Positions 1 through 8,522 are shown, counted from the stretch's first letter. The stretch: DNA of 64,000 nt from a virus (IMGVR_UViG_3300047189_000028); one strand, 5' to 3'. Numbers and translations are program-made. The notes: generated by a model not told the origin, from the sequence alone.

Positions 1-255
1 AAGACTTGGCATTCTGATGATTGATACCTTTCTTGGAGAGATGTAGTCGGCTTTGAATTCCTCTACTGTTTCCTCTTCTAAGAAAATATGTGCGTTTCTG
101 ATGCTTGGAGTCCACAACACTTGTGTTAAATATTCGGTTTTTGTTTCCAAGTTAAGAAAAAACCACTTCCCTTGATTCTTTCTCATTTCTATCATATACA
201 CATGGCTATGACTTTTTACCGTTGCTAACATATCATCTATCCACTGCTGATACAT
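1..255 (-). CDS. hypothetical protein, partial (C-terminus lies beyond window start)
   Basis: Open minus-strand frame from ATG at 255-253 (MYQQWIDDMLATVKSH...) runs off the window edge. The stop of the upstream gene overlaps its start (TAGTATG). Confidence 0.4.
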   Translation of the reverse strand, partial: MYQQWIDDMLATVKSHSHVYMIEMRKNQGKWFFLNLETKTEYLTQVLWTPSIRNAHIFLEEETVEEFKADYISPRKVSIIRMPSL

Positions 256-256
256 A

Positions 257-481
257 CTATACCTGTGTTACTTTAATTTCAGATTTCTTATTCTTCCTTG
301 ATACCTTGATTGATTCCATAGCATCAGTAGCAGCTGGTAGTGTTGCATACTTTTTTGCTTTGTCTTTCTTGGTTGTCCACACAAACTTGCCAGCATCACT
401 TATAATTTCTGATAGGTAGTACGTAGTTCCATTTTTGACGTATGTTACTGCCCATGCTATGCTCAAAGGTACGCCAAACAT
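257..481 (-). CDS. hypothetical protein (74 aa)
   Basis: ORF track; same strand as flanking operon. Confidence 0.4.
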   Translation of the reverse strand: MFGVPLSIAWAVTYVKNGTTYYLSEIISDAGKFVWTTKKDKAKKYATLPAATDAMESIKVSRKNKKSEIKVTQV

Positions 482-544
482 TATTTAGTGACCCCTCCAC
501 GTTTGTGTGCTTGTATTTATCGCACAGAAGGGTTTTTCTTGGAA

Positions 545-576
545 AATAAAAAAGCCTGCACGAGGCAGGCTTTTAT
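545..576. terminator. rho-independent terminator (bidirectional hairpin GCCTGC-acgag-GCAGGC flanked by A/T runs)
   Basis: Perfect 6-bp stem at 554-570. The T-run on the minus strand follows the stop of the 594..980 gene. Confidence 0.6.
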
Positions 577-593
577 CTAAAATTTAAGTAGGT

Positions 594-980
594 TTACTTG
601 TAAATTATGTGCGGTCCTTCCCGCTCCGCATCCCGTTTCAAATCACCAACGAGATTGATTCCGCTGAGAGCAGCTTGTTTGTCGTGGTTAGATGCTTTCT
701 TCAAATCAAGAACTTTTTTGTATGCAATTTCTGCGAGATCAAGCTGACCAGCTGTTAGCCCAATATTTCCCATCAGAAGAAATGCTGATGAGTATACTTC
801 GTCAGGAAGTCCTTTGACCTTGAATACTTCAAGATCCATCTTTGCAGCCTCTGTGAGGTGGTGCGCTTTGAACAGATCATCTGCTTTGATGAGATAAGCA
901 GTGGCCTTATCGAGAGGAGTTGGTTCAACAGCAACACAAACAGTCGAGGCAAGAATCAGCAGGAGTACTATTTTCTTCAT
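594..980 (-). CDS. secreted protein with N-terminal signal peptide (MKKIVLLLILASTVCVA)
   Basis: Start chosen at the internal ATG at 980 because GGAG lies 7 nt upstream. Hydrophobic N-terminus. Confidence 0.5.
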   Translation of the reverse strand: MKKIVLLLILASTVCVAVEPTPLDKATAYLIKADDLFKAHHLTEAAKMDLEVFKVKGLPDEVYSSAFLLMGNIGLTAGQLDLAEIAYKKVLDLKKASNHDKQAALSGINLVGDLKRDAEREGPHIIYK

Positions 981-1045
981 CAAGGTCTCCAATCGTGGGT
1001 AGATACAGAGTATCTACTCAGCCGAGACTTGCGACAACAAACGAA

Positions 1046-1465
1046 TTAGGGAATTGGAAGGGACAGCGCAGCAATAGCGTCTTCGGTCCGCCCGATCTCT
1101 ATTGGGTCGTGGAGAGATTCGACCCCATTGTCCCACTCAATGACCAGTCTGTAATTACCAGTGTTGTAGAACGAGCTGGCATAAACGAGAATCCAATCAA
1201 TATTCGTCACGACGCCGAGTGGGAACTTGTCGGGTATCTTTCGGGTGTAAAATACACGATCACCAACAGAGAAATTCGCTTTAGGTTGTTTCACTCTACT
1301 GGGACGAATTTCTCTGAGCTCCTCAGCAAAAAACGACTTCATTGTCGCACCATCTTCAGTGTATACATGGTATAGAACTTCACCGTGCGAACCTTCTGAT
1401 GTAGCAGTCACATAGCCTTCGCGGCCATCCGGAATACGAACATGATGTCCAACGATGAAGGTCAT
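1046..1465 (-). CDS. hypothetical protein (139 aa)
   Basis: ORF track; AAGGA 8 nt upstream of the ATG. Confidence 0.5.
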   Translation of the reverse strand: MTFIVGHHVRIPDGREGYVTATSEGSHGEVLYHVYTEDGATMKSFFAEELREIRPSRVKQPKANFSVGDRVFYTRKIPDKFPLGVVTNIDWILVYASSFYNTGNYRLVIEWDNGVESLHDPIEIGRTEDAIAALSLPIP

Positions 1466-1623
1466 GCGAACATCCTTTTGACACTAACCATCAATATCAT
1501 TACTGAAGTAGCAAGTCCTGCAATACAAAACAAGAATTGTGTGGAGGGGATCGCATTACCAATGGTATGAACCACCACCGCCAATGCGATTATTCCACCA
1601 ATTACTTTGTCGGTAGTGTCCAT
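1462..1623 (-). CDS. small membrane protein (53 aa)
   Basis: Start MDTTDKVIGGIIALAVVVH... is coupled to the upstream gene by a TAATG overlap. One predicted TM helix. Confidence 0.4.
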   Translation of the reverse strand: MDTTDKVIGGIIALAVVVHTIGNAIPSTQFLFCIAGLATSVMILMVSVKRMFA

Positions 1624-2039
1624 TACTTTGTCTCGATTCGTACGCAAGTTTTGTCCTTGAACGAACGATATGCCTGCTTGATAAACGAAGGTGGCTTCTG
1701 GTAGCTTCGTACTCGATGCCTCAGCCACAAAGTGCGAATGCCCCACACTACAAGAGCAACCACTGTAGCACCAGCAGTGCCTCCGCCAGCCTGGAGCATA
1801 ACTGTTGGTAGGTTGAAGTTGATCAGCAGATGAACAAGAAAGGCAAGACCACAGATTGCAAGAAAGGCTGCCCCTGCAAACAAAGCACAACCCAGTGCAC
1901 CAAGAAGAACTCCCTGTGCCACCTGCCTTACATAGAAGCAGATGTTGTTTTCGTCGGTTGCGCTCTCATCGTCGTGGAAGTCTCCGAGCTTGTAAGCAAG
2001 GAAATAATGCCACGACTTGCGGTTGATTGTGAATGTCAT
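1623..2039 (-). CDS. membrane protein (138 aa)
   Basis: ORF track; two hydrophobic helices (LLGALGCALFAGAAFLAICGLAFLV). Confidence 0.5.
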   Translation of the reverse strand: MTFTINRKSWHYFLAYKLGDFHDDESATDENNICFYVRQVAQGVLLGALGCALFAGAAFLAICGLAFLVHLLINFNLPTVMLQAGGGTAGATVVALVVWGIRTLWLRHRVRSYQKPPSFIKQAYRSFKDKTCVRIETK

Positions 2040-2050
2040 GGGATTCTCCC

Positions 2051-2674
2051 TTAACCGTTGCCGAACTGTTCAGCCTGGAACTGGTACTTGTTGTTAAAGT
2101 ACCCCATCAGAAAATCGAGGTCCTGCATGCGAGCATTCGACCACTTACCAGTCAGGTAGGAAAACGCCATCACCTTCTTGATATCTTCGATGCACTCACT
2201 GTCATCAGTCGGCATCAGCTCCAGAGCGGCGGACAGGTTAGCAGTGATGAACTCTTCGATCTCGTAGTCGAGCTGTTCCGTCAGAAGAATCTCAAGCTGT
2301 GACTGCTTGTGAGCAGCCGCAACCGTTGCCTCGATCGCGCCAGTGAGCTTCTTGTACTCTTCAGGAGTCAGATCGCTGTCGTCTTCGTCAAGCTCAGCGA
2401 AATCAATATCCGGAAAGTCCACAACCTGAACAGGTGCGGTCTTAGTGACGAGCTTGAAGCGCGATTCACTGACAGCCTGAACAGTGAACAAGCTGTCGAG
2501 CTTTGCTAGACGAAGGCAGAAGTTGGCAGACGCCTCGATGTTCTCGAGGGAGCTGAACGGATCGCGCAGCGTAATGGTGACGCACGTCTTGTTGACGCGA
2601 ATCTCCGCAGTGCCGTAGTAATCACGAATCGCGTTCTTGACGTACGTGTAGTCGATAAAGTCGGTGTCCAGCAT
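2051..2674 (-). CDS. acidic hypothetical protein (207 aa)
   Basis: ORF track; GGAG RBS; Asp/Glu-rich. Confidence 0.5.
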   Translation of the reverse strand: MLDTDFIDYTYVKNAIRDYYGTAEIRVNKTCVTITLRDPFSSLENIEASANFCLRLAKLDSLFTVQAVSESRFKLVTKTAPVQVVDFPDIDFAELDEDDSDLTPEEYKKLTGAIEATVAAAHKQSQLEILLTEQLDYEIEEFITANLSAALELMPTDDSECIEDIKKVMAFSYLTGKWSNARMQDLDFLMGYFNNKYQFQAEQFGNG

Positions 2675-2760
2675 TGTCAGTCTCCAATTAGTGAATTGAG
2701 GTTGTCAGTATACCACAACTTAACCCTATTAACAACAGATCAAAGAATTCTTTTCAGAGT

Positions 2761-3036
2761 TCACGCTGGCACTTTGACAGGATGTGCAGCTTCAAATTCA
2801 GCATACGTCATCGAATCACCGACGGCGCCTACGCCAGTTGCAATGAACGAACCACGAGACTTCGAGATTGCCTTGACGCCATTCTTTCGCTTGCGTCCGT
2901 CGAATTTACGAAACGTTGATTCCTGCCAACCTTGCCCTTTGCAGCCAAGACAGATTACCGCAGTTCCTTTTGCCTCGGCAAATCCACAATAAAGGCCAGT
3001 TCCGTTGCAAGAAACACATTCATGAATTACGTTCAT
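2761..3036 (-). CDS. small CxxC zinc-finger protein (91 aa)
   Basis: Internal ATG at 3036 with GGAG RBS. The N-terminal part of the listed ORF overlaps the neighbouring gene. CVSCNG...CLGCKG. Confidence 0.4.
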   Translation of the reverse strand: MNVIHECVSCNGTGLYCGFAEAKGTAVICLGCKGQGWQESTFRKFDGRKRKNGVKAISKSRGSFIATGVGAVGDSMTYAEFEAAHPVKVPA

Positions 3037-3037
3037 G

Positions 3038-3388
3038 TTAGTTACTCCCAGTTTCGCATACACAGTCGAGTAGATCAGCTTTCGATGTCCATTCGCCACA
3101 TTCCTTGCATTTCGTTTTGCACTCACAATCTTCTGTGAGTTCACCACACTTCCGGCACTCACCGTCTTCATTTTCACCCATTTCAAGAGCACATGGCTTG
3201 AGAGGGAAATCGTCCTGAATCTGGCCACAGTTCAGGCACCAGCTGAACTCAACATAGTCGCCACCACCGATCCCCATGTCACTTGGTAGGTAGCCGTCTT
3301 GTTCGTTTTCACCAATCGAGACAAAATGAAGGTCACTTGCCTTGCTGTTAACCGAAGCAATGCGATTGCTGCCACATTTGCATGTCAT
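3038..3388 (-). CDS. Cys-rich zinc-ribbon protein (116 aa)
   Basis: AGGAGAG RBS; multiple CxxC pairs. Confidence 0.5.
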   Translation of the reverse strand: MTCKCGSNRIASVNSKASDLHFVSIGENEQDGYLPSDMGIGGGDYVEFSWCLNCGQIQDDFPLKPCALEMGENEDGECRKCGELTEDCECKTKCKECGEWTSKADLLDCVCETGSN

Positions 3389-3390
3389 GA

Positions 3391-3789
3391 TTACTCTCCT
3401 GCGTTTGGAAATGGGTTGAGGTGACCAAGCCTGATCATCTCTTCATACTTGCGGAACAACCGATCGAACTTGCGGTGATACAACTGGTGTAGGCCAAGAA
3501 CAATGTTTGCAATCTCGTCCTTTGTCATTTCATCATCTTCCATTACCGCCTCAAACAGAACATCAAGATCGTCAGTAACATGCCATGCATCCATGATCTT
3601 GTCTTCTAGTGTGTCATTTGGACCAGCATTGACAATCTGCTGCTCAGCTGGTTTGATTTTTGCTGCAAGTTCATTTGCTGCAAGGACAAAGTCGACATTT
3701 GGTGGTTCGCCGTAACGATTGACACCTCGAGCAGCAAAGAATGTCAGAAGATCGTGGATCCGTTCTGCAGTGTGATCGTCGATGTTCAT
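3391..3789 (-). CDS. hypothetical protein (132 aa)
   Basis: ORF track; tightly packed operon. Confidence 0.5.
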   Translation of the reverse strand: MNIDDHTAERIHDLLTFFAARGVNRYGEPPNVDFVLAANELAAKIKPAEQQIVNAGPNDTLEDKIMDAWHVTDDLDVLFEAVMEDDEMTKDEIANIVLGLHQLYHRKFDRLFRKYEEMIRLGHLNPFPNAGE

Positions 3790-3989
3790 CGCTTGACCAC
3801 TTCAAATAGCTTCTCGATCATCTCTGAACGAACACGTTGTTCAGCGGTGTATAGTATGTGATCGGAAACGTTTCCTTTGACTGCAAGCACACACTTGATC
3901 ATGCGGATTGCATTGATCACGCACTCAACGTCGTCGTCTCTCATATCTTTCTCAAGAACGACGGTTAATGAATGAATTCGGTCTGTCAT
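3786..3989 (-). CDS. hypothetical protein (67 aa)
   Basis: ORF track; 4-nt overlap coupling. Confidence 0.4.
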   Translation of the reverse strand: MTDRIHSLTVVLEKDMRDDDVECVINAIRMIKCVLAVKGNVSDHILYTAEQRVRSEMIEKLFEVVKR

Positions 3990-3994
3990 AATAC

Positions 3995-4198
3995 TTACCT
4001 CGGAATGTCCTTCAGTGGCTCTTCACTCCTTGCCTCGACAATCAGCCTCATCAACTGAGCCTCGAGAATCAGAGCAGTTTCCTTTGCAGCAATGATCTCT
4101 TCGCGAGGGTTCTTTGCACCAACATCAAGCATTCGGAATGCTGTCGTTGATCCATACGCTCGCAGTAGCATTGAGTTCAGTTCACGCCTTGTAGCCAT
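3995..4198 (-). CDS. hypothetical protein (67 aa)
   Basis: ORF track. Confidence 0.4.
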   Translation of the reverse strand: MATRRELNSMLLRAYGSTTAFRMLDVGAKNPREEIIAAKETALILEAQLMRLIVEARSEEPLKDIPR

Positions 4199-4300
4199 AT
4201 ATCACCTATTGGGTCAGTAAACAAATAGACATCACAATAACGTACAGAAGAATGCCGATTGTGACATTCCTCCAAAAATGAAACGGTTCGACTGGTTCGC

Positions 4301-4519
4301 TCATCGGTGAACATCGTCACGAGGATTTGGCTTCTCGCCAGAAGCACCCCAGTACGCAAGACGAATCAGCTCACCATCAGACAGCATGCAATACTCTCGT
4401 GTACACGCAAGACGGCGAGCCTCACGAAGGATTCGATCACCTTCGGGCGTTTCCGCCTTTCGCCCCCACAACGCTCTCGTCTCTGGTTTCGTTTCGTCTA
4501 CGATTTTCATAATCTTCAC
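4301..4519 (-). CDS. hypothetical protein (72 aa)
   Basis: ORF track. Confidence 0.4.
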   Translation of the reverse strand: MKIMKIVDETKPETRALWGRKAETPEGDRILREARRLACTREYCMLSDGELIRLAYWGASGEKPNPRDDVHR

Positions 4520-4631
4520 CTTTCTCCTGAGCTAAGTCACACAGCGACCAATTTCCAATACCCCAAAATCATGTCCCCGATTGCTGTTACCATCATCACA
4601 ATTCTCTACGGTATCGCAGAGCCTTCGACAA

Positions 4632-4925
4632 TTACTTGCGAATAAACCTCTCGTAAACAATCATACCGATTATGCACAGTGGGATCACAATAAACCACAG
4701 TTTGATAATCAATACGAGTGCAAGTCCTGCGCCACATGCGGCGAGCATTAACATCCCACCGCCACTGAGTGTCTTCCAAAATCCCTTCCAGCCAGAATGA
4801 AATACCATTCCGCAAGCAAGCAGCGCTGGGATACCAAATATCACCCATAAGATTGACATACTACGATCTCCTTGTGATTTCAACTTCCCAACCATTCTGT
4901 TTGCAGAACTCTTCCACCCCTTCAA
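4632..4925 (-). CDS. membrane protein (97 aa, 2 TM)
   Basis: ORF track; hydrophobic helices. Confidence 0.45.
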   Translation of the reverse strand: MKGWKSSANRMVGKLKSQGDRSMSILWVIFGIPALLACGMVFHSGWKGFWKTLSGGGMLMLAACGAGLALVLIIKLWFIVIPLCIIGMIVYERFIRK

Positions 4926-5289
4926 CTGTCACGTTGGAAAAGAAGCAGTCAGCCCATTGCTCCTCATTCCCTTCGAATACTTCTCCGCCTTCCACGATAA
5001 TATCAAGCTTCGGCAGTGGCTCAACAAATTCAGGTTGTTCGTACAATGGCTGCCAATAACCCAAATACCGTTCAAGTGCCTCAACAATTGGCTTCAGTAC
5101 AACATCAATTGGAGGATGGTGACTCGTTGTATAGTACACAGGTGCGATTGCATTCGGCGCAGCGTTCATATACGCACTGACACCGATTGGTCGGTTGTGC
5201 TCATATAAGATTCGCTTCAAGCTCTCATACGTCTGACATAGTACGAATGCAGCCTGTTCCGGATTACCGTTATAGTTCATCTGCATCAA
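4861..5289 (-). CDS. hypothetical protein (142 aa)
   Basis: ORF track. Confidence 0.45.
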   Translation of the reverse strand: MMQMNYNGNPEQAAFVLCQTYESLKRILYEHNRPIGVSAYMNAAPNAIAPVYYTTSHHPPIDVVLKPIVEALERYLGYWQPLYEQPEFVEPLPKLDIIVEGGEVFEGNEEQWADCFFSNVTVEGVEEFCKQNGWEVEITRRS

Positions 5290-5588
5290 ACAATCTCCAT
5301 TGTTCTCTCAACGATTGCCCATTCGATGTTCGACCACACGGTGATATTACCATCCTTACCCTTGATCTTGAGATTGCCAAGCGTACACCACGTATTCCAT
5401 GGATTCGACCTTGTTCGGCTGATTACTTCCAAAATGTCACCTTCGCGGTATACTTCAACCGGTGTGACAAACGAATGTAACACCCTAATCTTGTCCCCAG
5501 CTTTTGGTAGACGTGCAGGTGTATCCATAGTAATCGACATTCGCTTATTGCCGGCGCCATAAGCCTTTCTGATGATACTGAATCTCAT
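5286..5588 (-). CDS. hypothetical protein (100 aa)
   Basis: ORF track. Confidence 0.45.
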   Translation of the reverse strand: MRFSIIRKAYGAGNKRMSITMDTPARLPKAGDKIRVLHSFVTPVEVYREGDILEVISRTRSNPWNTWCTLGNLKIKGKDGNITVWSNIEWAIVERTMEIV

Positions 5589-5589
5589 A

Positions 5590-5912
5590 AAGTCTCCAAG
5601 AAGTGAAACGTTGTCAGCGCGAGGAATCGAACCTCGAATTCAAATGCGTGTTAACCGTTGACACTACCCCAACAACGTCATAAACAAATTCGCGATGAGT
5701 TAGGCTCATAACTCCACCTGACGGTCGGCTGCATCTGAGTCAGGTACCCAAGCCTTTCGTATGCAGTTGATGGCTCGGCGTCAATTCGCGTTCAGTATGT
5801 GCTGGGGGTCGAAACCCAGACAGGCCGCTAAGCCTTACACTGTTAAAGTAGTGTTGCCTCCTTCAGTGCTACGGTTTCGAACCCATATAGCATCGTGGCC
5901 ACACACCGAACA
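5590..5912 (-). ncRNA. promoter-driven structured non-coding transcript (no ORF of 60 aa or more), containing tRNA-like T-arm motifs and nested hairpins
   Basis: ~320 nt lies between the promoter at 5919..5947 and the next CDS. It contains GGTTCGATTCC (rc of 5622-5632) and a GGTTTCGAACC nested hairpin (5864-5906). Confidence 0.3.
5612..5673 (-). other. tRNA 3'-half-like fragment (T-arm CGAGG-TTCGATT-CCTCG plus a 7-nt acceptor-like strand); incomplete, no anticodon arm
   Basis: A canonical T-stem/loop is seen in the reverse complement. Folding as a full 72-nt cloverleaf fails: only ~62 nt and no anticodon arm. Confidence 0.25.
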
Positions 5913-5918
5913 CAGGAC

Positions 5919-5947
5919 ACTATACCCCAAACATTTTATGATGTCAA
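5919..5947 (-). promoter_or_regulatory. sigma70-like promoter TTGACA-N17-TATAGT (reads leftward)
   Basis: rc: TTGACAtcataaaatgtttggggTATAGT. Confidence 0.5.
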
Positions 5948-6251
5948 ATTGGGTGGGGGACACCGTTTCGTTGGTAGCCAAACAATGCGAATACGGTGCT
6001 AGGAGTGGGTGGCAATGGCGGGTTGTAACGCCGATCGGGGTAACAGTAAATACACAATGCAAGAACAGCTGCTAACTCATTGATGGGATTGGGAGAAATT
6101 GGGTAGTCAGCTGTTGTGTGATTATTGGTCTGGTTGGGTGAGACTTTGCAAAAACGTTACACACCCTAGAGGTTCAAAAGGTCAACAATTAAATTTTTCC
6201 AATCCAAATCGAATCGATCGTGTCGATCATTCCCACAGGTAACCTGTTTTT

Positions 6252-6983
6252 ATGAATAAACGAAAGTCTAAGTACCCACCATATTCGCAAGCTCGTGCTA
6301 GTGCACTAGATTTACAGCTTAATTCCCGTGCTGATTACATCAAGTGGCATAAGGATACAAAATGCCAATACCTCCCTCGTTATCCTGAGCGTGTGTATAA
6401 GGAGTTTGTTTCGTGGAATGATTGGCTTGGGACTGCAAATGTGTTCAAAGGAGATGTTGTTAAGCCAGCGCGTCCTTTCTGGGATGCTGTCAAGTGGGCG
6501 CAGGACCATGCTGCTGTTCATAAGTTAGATACTATGGCTGATTGGTTACTGTGGGTGAAGGAACATGAGGAAGAATTGCCTACCGACATTCCACCCCGAC
6601 CCGATACACGTTATACCGAATGGTCGCAAATAGGGTGGAAGGGATGGTTAGGAACGGATGTTCGTGGACGACTCGCAGCTGCTAAGCAGTCAACAGCTTT
6701 GTTCGCTATTTGTTCTCACCACAACCTTCGTATGCCTGGTAACAAGTTTGCATTGATACAAGCTGAGCAGGGGGAGGCTCAGTTGTTGAATATCCTAAAG
6801 CAGGCAGGCGACTTGCGAGTCGTTCGTTGCTACAAAATGGATAATGAGTTGAAAGAGAAGGTTCACGAACTGTTAGCTCAGTACGGTCGTGACGAAGGGG
6901 ATGGATGGTTCATCCCAAATGTTAACAATGTTCTGTTTGAGCTTGATGGAATGCTTCAGGTGTACCGTGGAAGTGGGATGTAA
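6252..6983 (+). CDS. hypothetical Trp-rich protein (243 aa); lone plus-strand gene inside a minus-strand block
   Basis: ORF track. Repeated Y..W..WLGT motifs, and HNLR followed ~36 aa later by Tyr (weak recombinase-like pattern). Confidence 0.5.
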   Translation: MNKRKSKYPPYSQARASALDLQLNSRADYIKWHKDTKCQYLPRYPERVYKEFVSWNDWLGTANVFKGDVVKPARPFWDAVKWAQDHAAVHKLDTMADWLLWVKEHEEELPTDIPPRPDTRYTEWSQIGWKGWLGTDVRGRLAAAKQSTALFAICSHHNLRMPGNKFALIQAEQGEAQLLNILKQAGDLRVVRCYKMDNELKEKVHELLAQYGRDEGDGWFIPNVNNVLFELDGMLQVYRGSGM

Positions 6984-7117
6984 GTGGGATAGTTGTGGGA
7001 TCAAACTGGGATTGTGTGGGATGCTAGTGGCATGAACCTGAACAAACCTTACAAGACCGTATTGTATGTTCGATAGAGTGGGATAACAGTGGGATCAAAC
7101 TGGGATTGTGTGGGATT
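6974..7117. repeat. two arrays (6+4 copies) of heptamer GTGGGAT/CTGGGAT phased every 11-12 bp, including a 29-bp direct repeat GTGGGATCAAACTGGGATTGTGTGGGAT x2
   Basis: Read directly: copies start at 6974, 6985, 6996, 7007, 7018, 7028 and at 7079, 7090, 7101, 7111. Confidence 0.9.
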
Positions 7118-7430
7118 ACGCAATAGGCAATTGGTCAAATGGGACGAGTATTCCCAATGGATACAGCTTCTTGAACTCCAATGATGCCTTCAATTCAGTA
7201 TCAAATCGCTTTTGATGCTTGAAGAATGAGTAAATCCCCAGATTTTCCACATAGTTCGCGCGGACATAGATCGCCCACTTACCATCAATACCGAGCTTGA
7301 CTGACGCGACTGCCTTTGAATCTAGCATATTTCCCCGAAAAATGACGCCTGAGCTTGGAACACCAGGCGTGGTCACAAATGTAACACTTCCAATACGGGC
7401 ATATTTCAGCCCTAGACGTAGTTGTCTCAC
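7116..7430 (-). CDS. hypothetical protein (104 aa)
   Basis: ORF track. Confidence 0.45.
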   Translation of the reverse strand: MRQLRLGLKYARIGSVTFVTTPGVPSSGVIFRGNMLDSKAVASVKLGIDGKWAIYVRANYVENLGIYSFFKHQKRFDTELKASLEFKKLYPLGILVPFDQLPIA

Positions 7431-7682
7431 CCAAAATGGAGTGAGAGCACGGATATTTAGCTTCCAACAAATTTAGTTTCAGGTCAACCGGAGTGTTGTC
7501 TGTGTTATTTTGGCCGGATGGACGGATCGAAGACACGATCCCACCGTATTATCCCAAAAATTCGTGTTGACTACAACAGACTGCTCCTTTATGGGTGAGG
7601 CAAAAGGTGACGGTCAACAGCGCACACCCGTTGAACAGCACACCAAAGGAGACGATAATGCTATTGTCAGGAACCGAGTGTC

Positions 7683-7750
7683 AATTTTAGAAAATTTGAG
7701 ACAGCGTTCCGGGACTTGCTGGGCTCCCGTTTCGCGGCGTCGGTGGTCTT
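7683..7750. other. conserved intergenic element copy A (AATTTTAGA...ACAGCGTTCCGGGACTTGCTGGGC...)
   Basis: A 24/25-nt near-identical core is shared with 15890..15950. Confidence 0.7.
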
Positions 7751-7774
7751 TCCCTGTTTTTCTATTGTGGAGTG

Positions 7775-7803
7775 ATTATTGCCTGACCTAGTGTTGGGGT
7801 CAA
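7775..7803 (-). promoter_or_regulatory. possible sigma70-like promoter TTGACC-N17-AATAAT
   Basis: rc: TTGACCccaacactaggtcaggcAATAAT; weak -10. Confidence 0.3.
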
Positions 7804-7977
7804 CGTGTCACCGACCGAGCCAGTGCTCGCCGGAATACACTCTGATGCTCTTGTCAATCGCGTATACGACGATTGCAACTGGGTAGAGGACCCACGGAGC
7901 GACGATGACGATCGTCATCGTGATTGTGAACACCACCATTGCGAGTGCAATCCCGGAGTATACCAACAGTCGGAACA

Positions 7978-8250
7978 TCATGAGAGGCGCGGCGGCTTAC
8001 CTATTGTCTGGACCTTCGGCAGCTTGTCGGCAGGTAGCGGGGTGTACACGTCCTTCAGCGCTTCAGCGATCGTTGCCCGCGTATCGGAGGCATCCATCAC
8101 ACCGAGGCTGTTCAGCATTTGGAGTATCTGACCGGCCTGGCTCAGCAGCACGATCGCAAGGACCTTGCTGTCATATTCGCCAGCCATCTCATGGACCTTC
8201 TCGGTAATCTCACGGGTTACCGTGTTGAAGTGTTGCTTTTGAACATCCAT
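7978..8250 (-). CDS. hypothetical protein (90 aa)
   Basis: Internal ATG (MDVQKQH...) with GGAGATAACC RBS. Confidence 0.5.
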   Translation of the reverse strand: MDVQKQHFNTVTREITEKVHEMAGEYDSKVLAIVLLSQAGQILQMLNSLGVMDASDTRATIAEALKDVYTPLPADKLPKVQTIGKPPRLS

Positions 8251-8252
8251 GG

Positions 8253-8477
8253 TTATCTCCGAGAAGTGATTGCAGTATCCAGGGCCCACAACTTCGATGA
8301 AACCGTGCGGAGCTCTTCAGCTTCCCGGGTAGCGTGTTGGGGTGTGGGGCCGTTGCGAGTGCTTTGTAGCTCACTGATCTTCATGTTGATCAGACGATAT
8401 AGCCACCCCAGGTCCTGGTTGTTGAGTACCTTATCGGCTTCGATTGTCAGGCGAACATTTGCCATAGCTTTCCCCAT
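8253..8477 (-). CDS. hypothetical protein (74 aa)
   Basis: ORF track; first gene after the promoter at 8494..8522. Confidence 0.5.
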   Translation of the reverse strand: MGKAMANVRLTIEADKVLNNQDLGWLYRLINMKISELQSTRNGPTPQHATREAEELRTVSSKLWALDTAITSRR

Positions 8478-8493
8478 AGTTCTCCGTGCGTGT

Positions 8494-8522
8494 AGTTTAC
8501 CCTAAACCGAGGTTAAGGTCAA
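8494..8522 (-). promoter_or_regulatory. sigma70-like promoter TTGACC-N17-(TTTAGGG)TAAACT
   Basis: rc: TTGACCttaacctcggtttagggTAAACT. Confidence 0.45.

Noticed and set aside
5612-5673. Attempt to fold the region as a complete tRNA.
   Set aside because: Only ~62 nt fit between the acceptor-like strands. The T-arm is perfect, but the anticodon arm cannot be formed, so it was kept only as a tRNA-like fragment.
5761-6075. Plus ORF (104 aa) and minus ORF 5835..6062 in the non-coding region.
   Set aside because: They lie in a region of dense hairpins and tRNA-like motifs downstream of the promoter at 5919. There is no RBS, so it is more likely non-coding RNA.
7805-8131. His-rich plus ORF (108 aa).
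   Set aside because: Overlaps the better-supported minus gene 7978..8250, which has a GGAG RBS. No RBS of its own.
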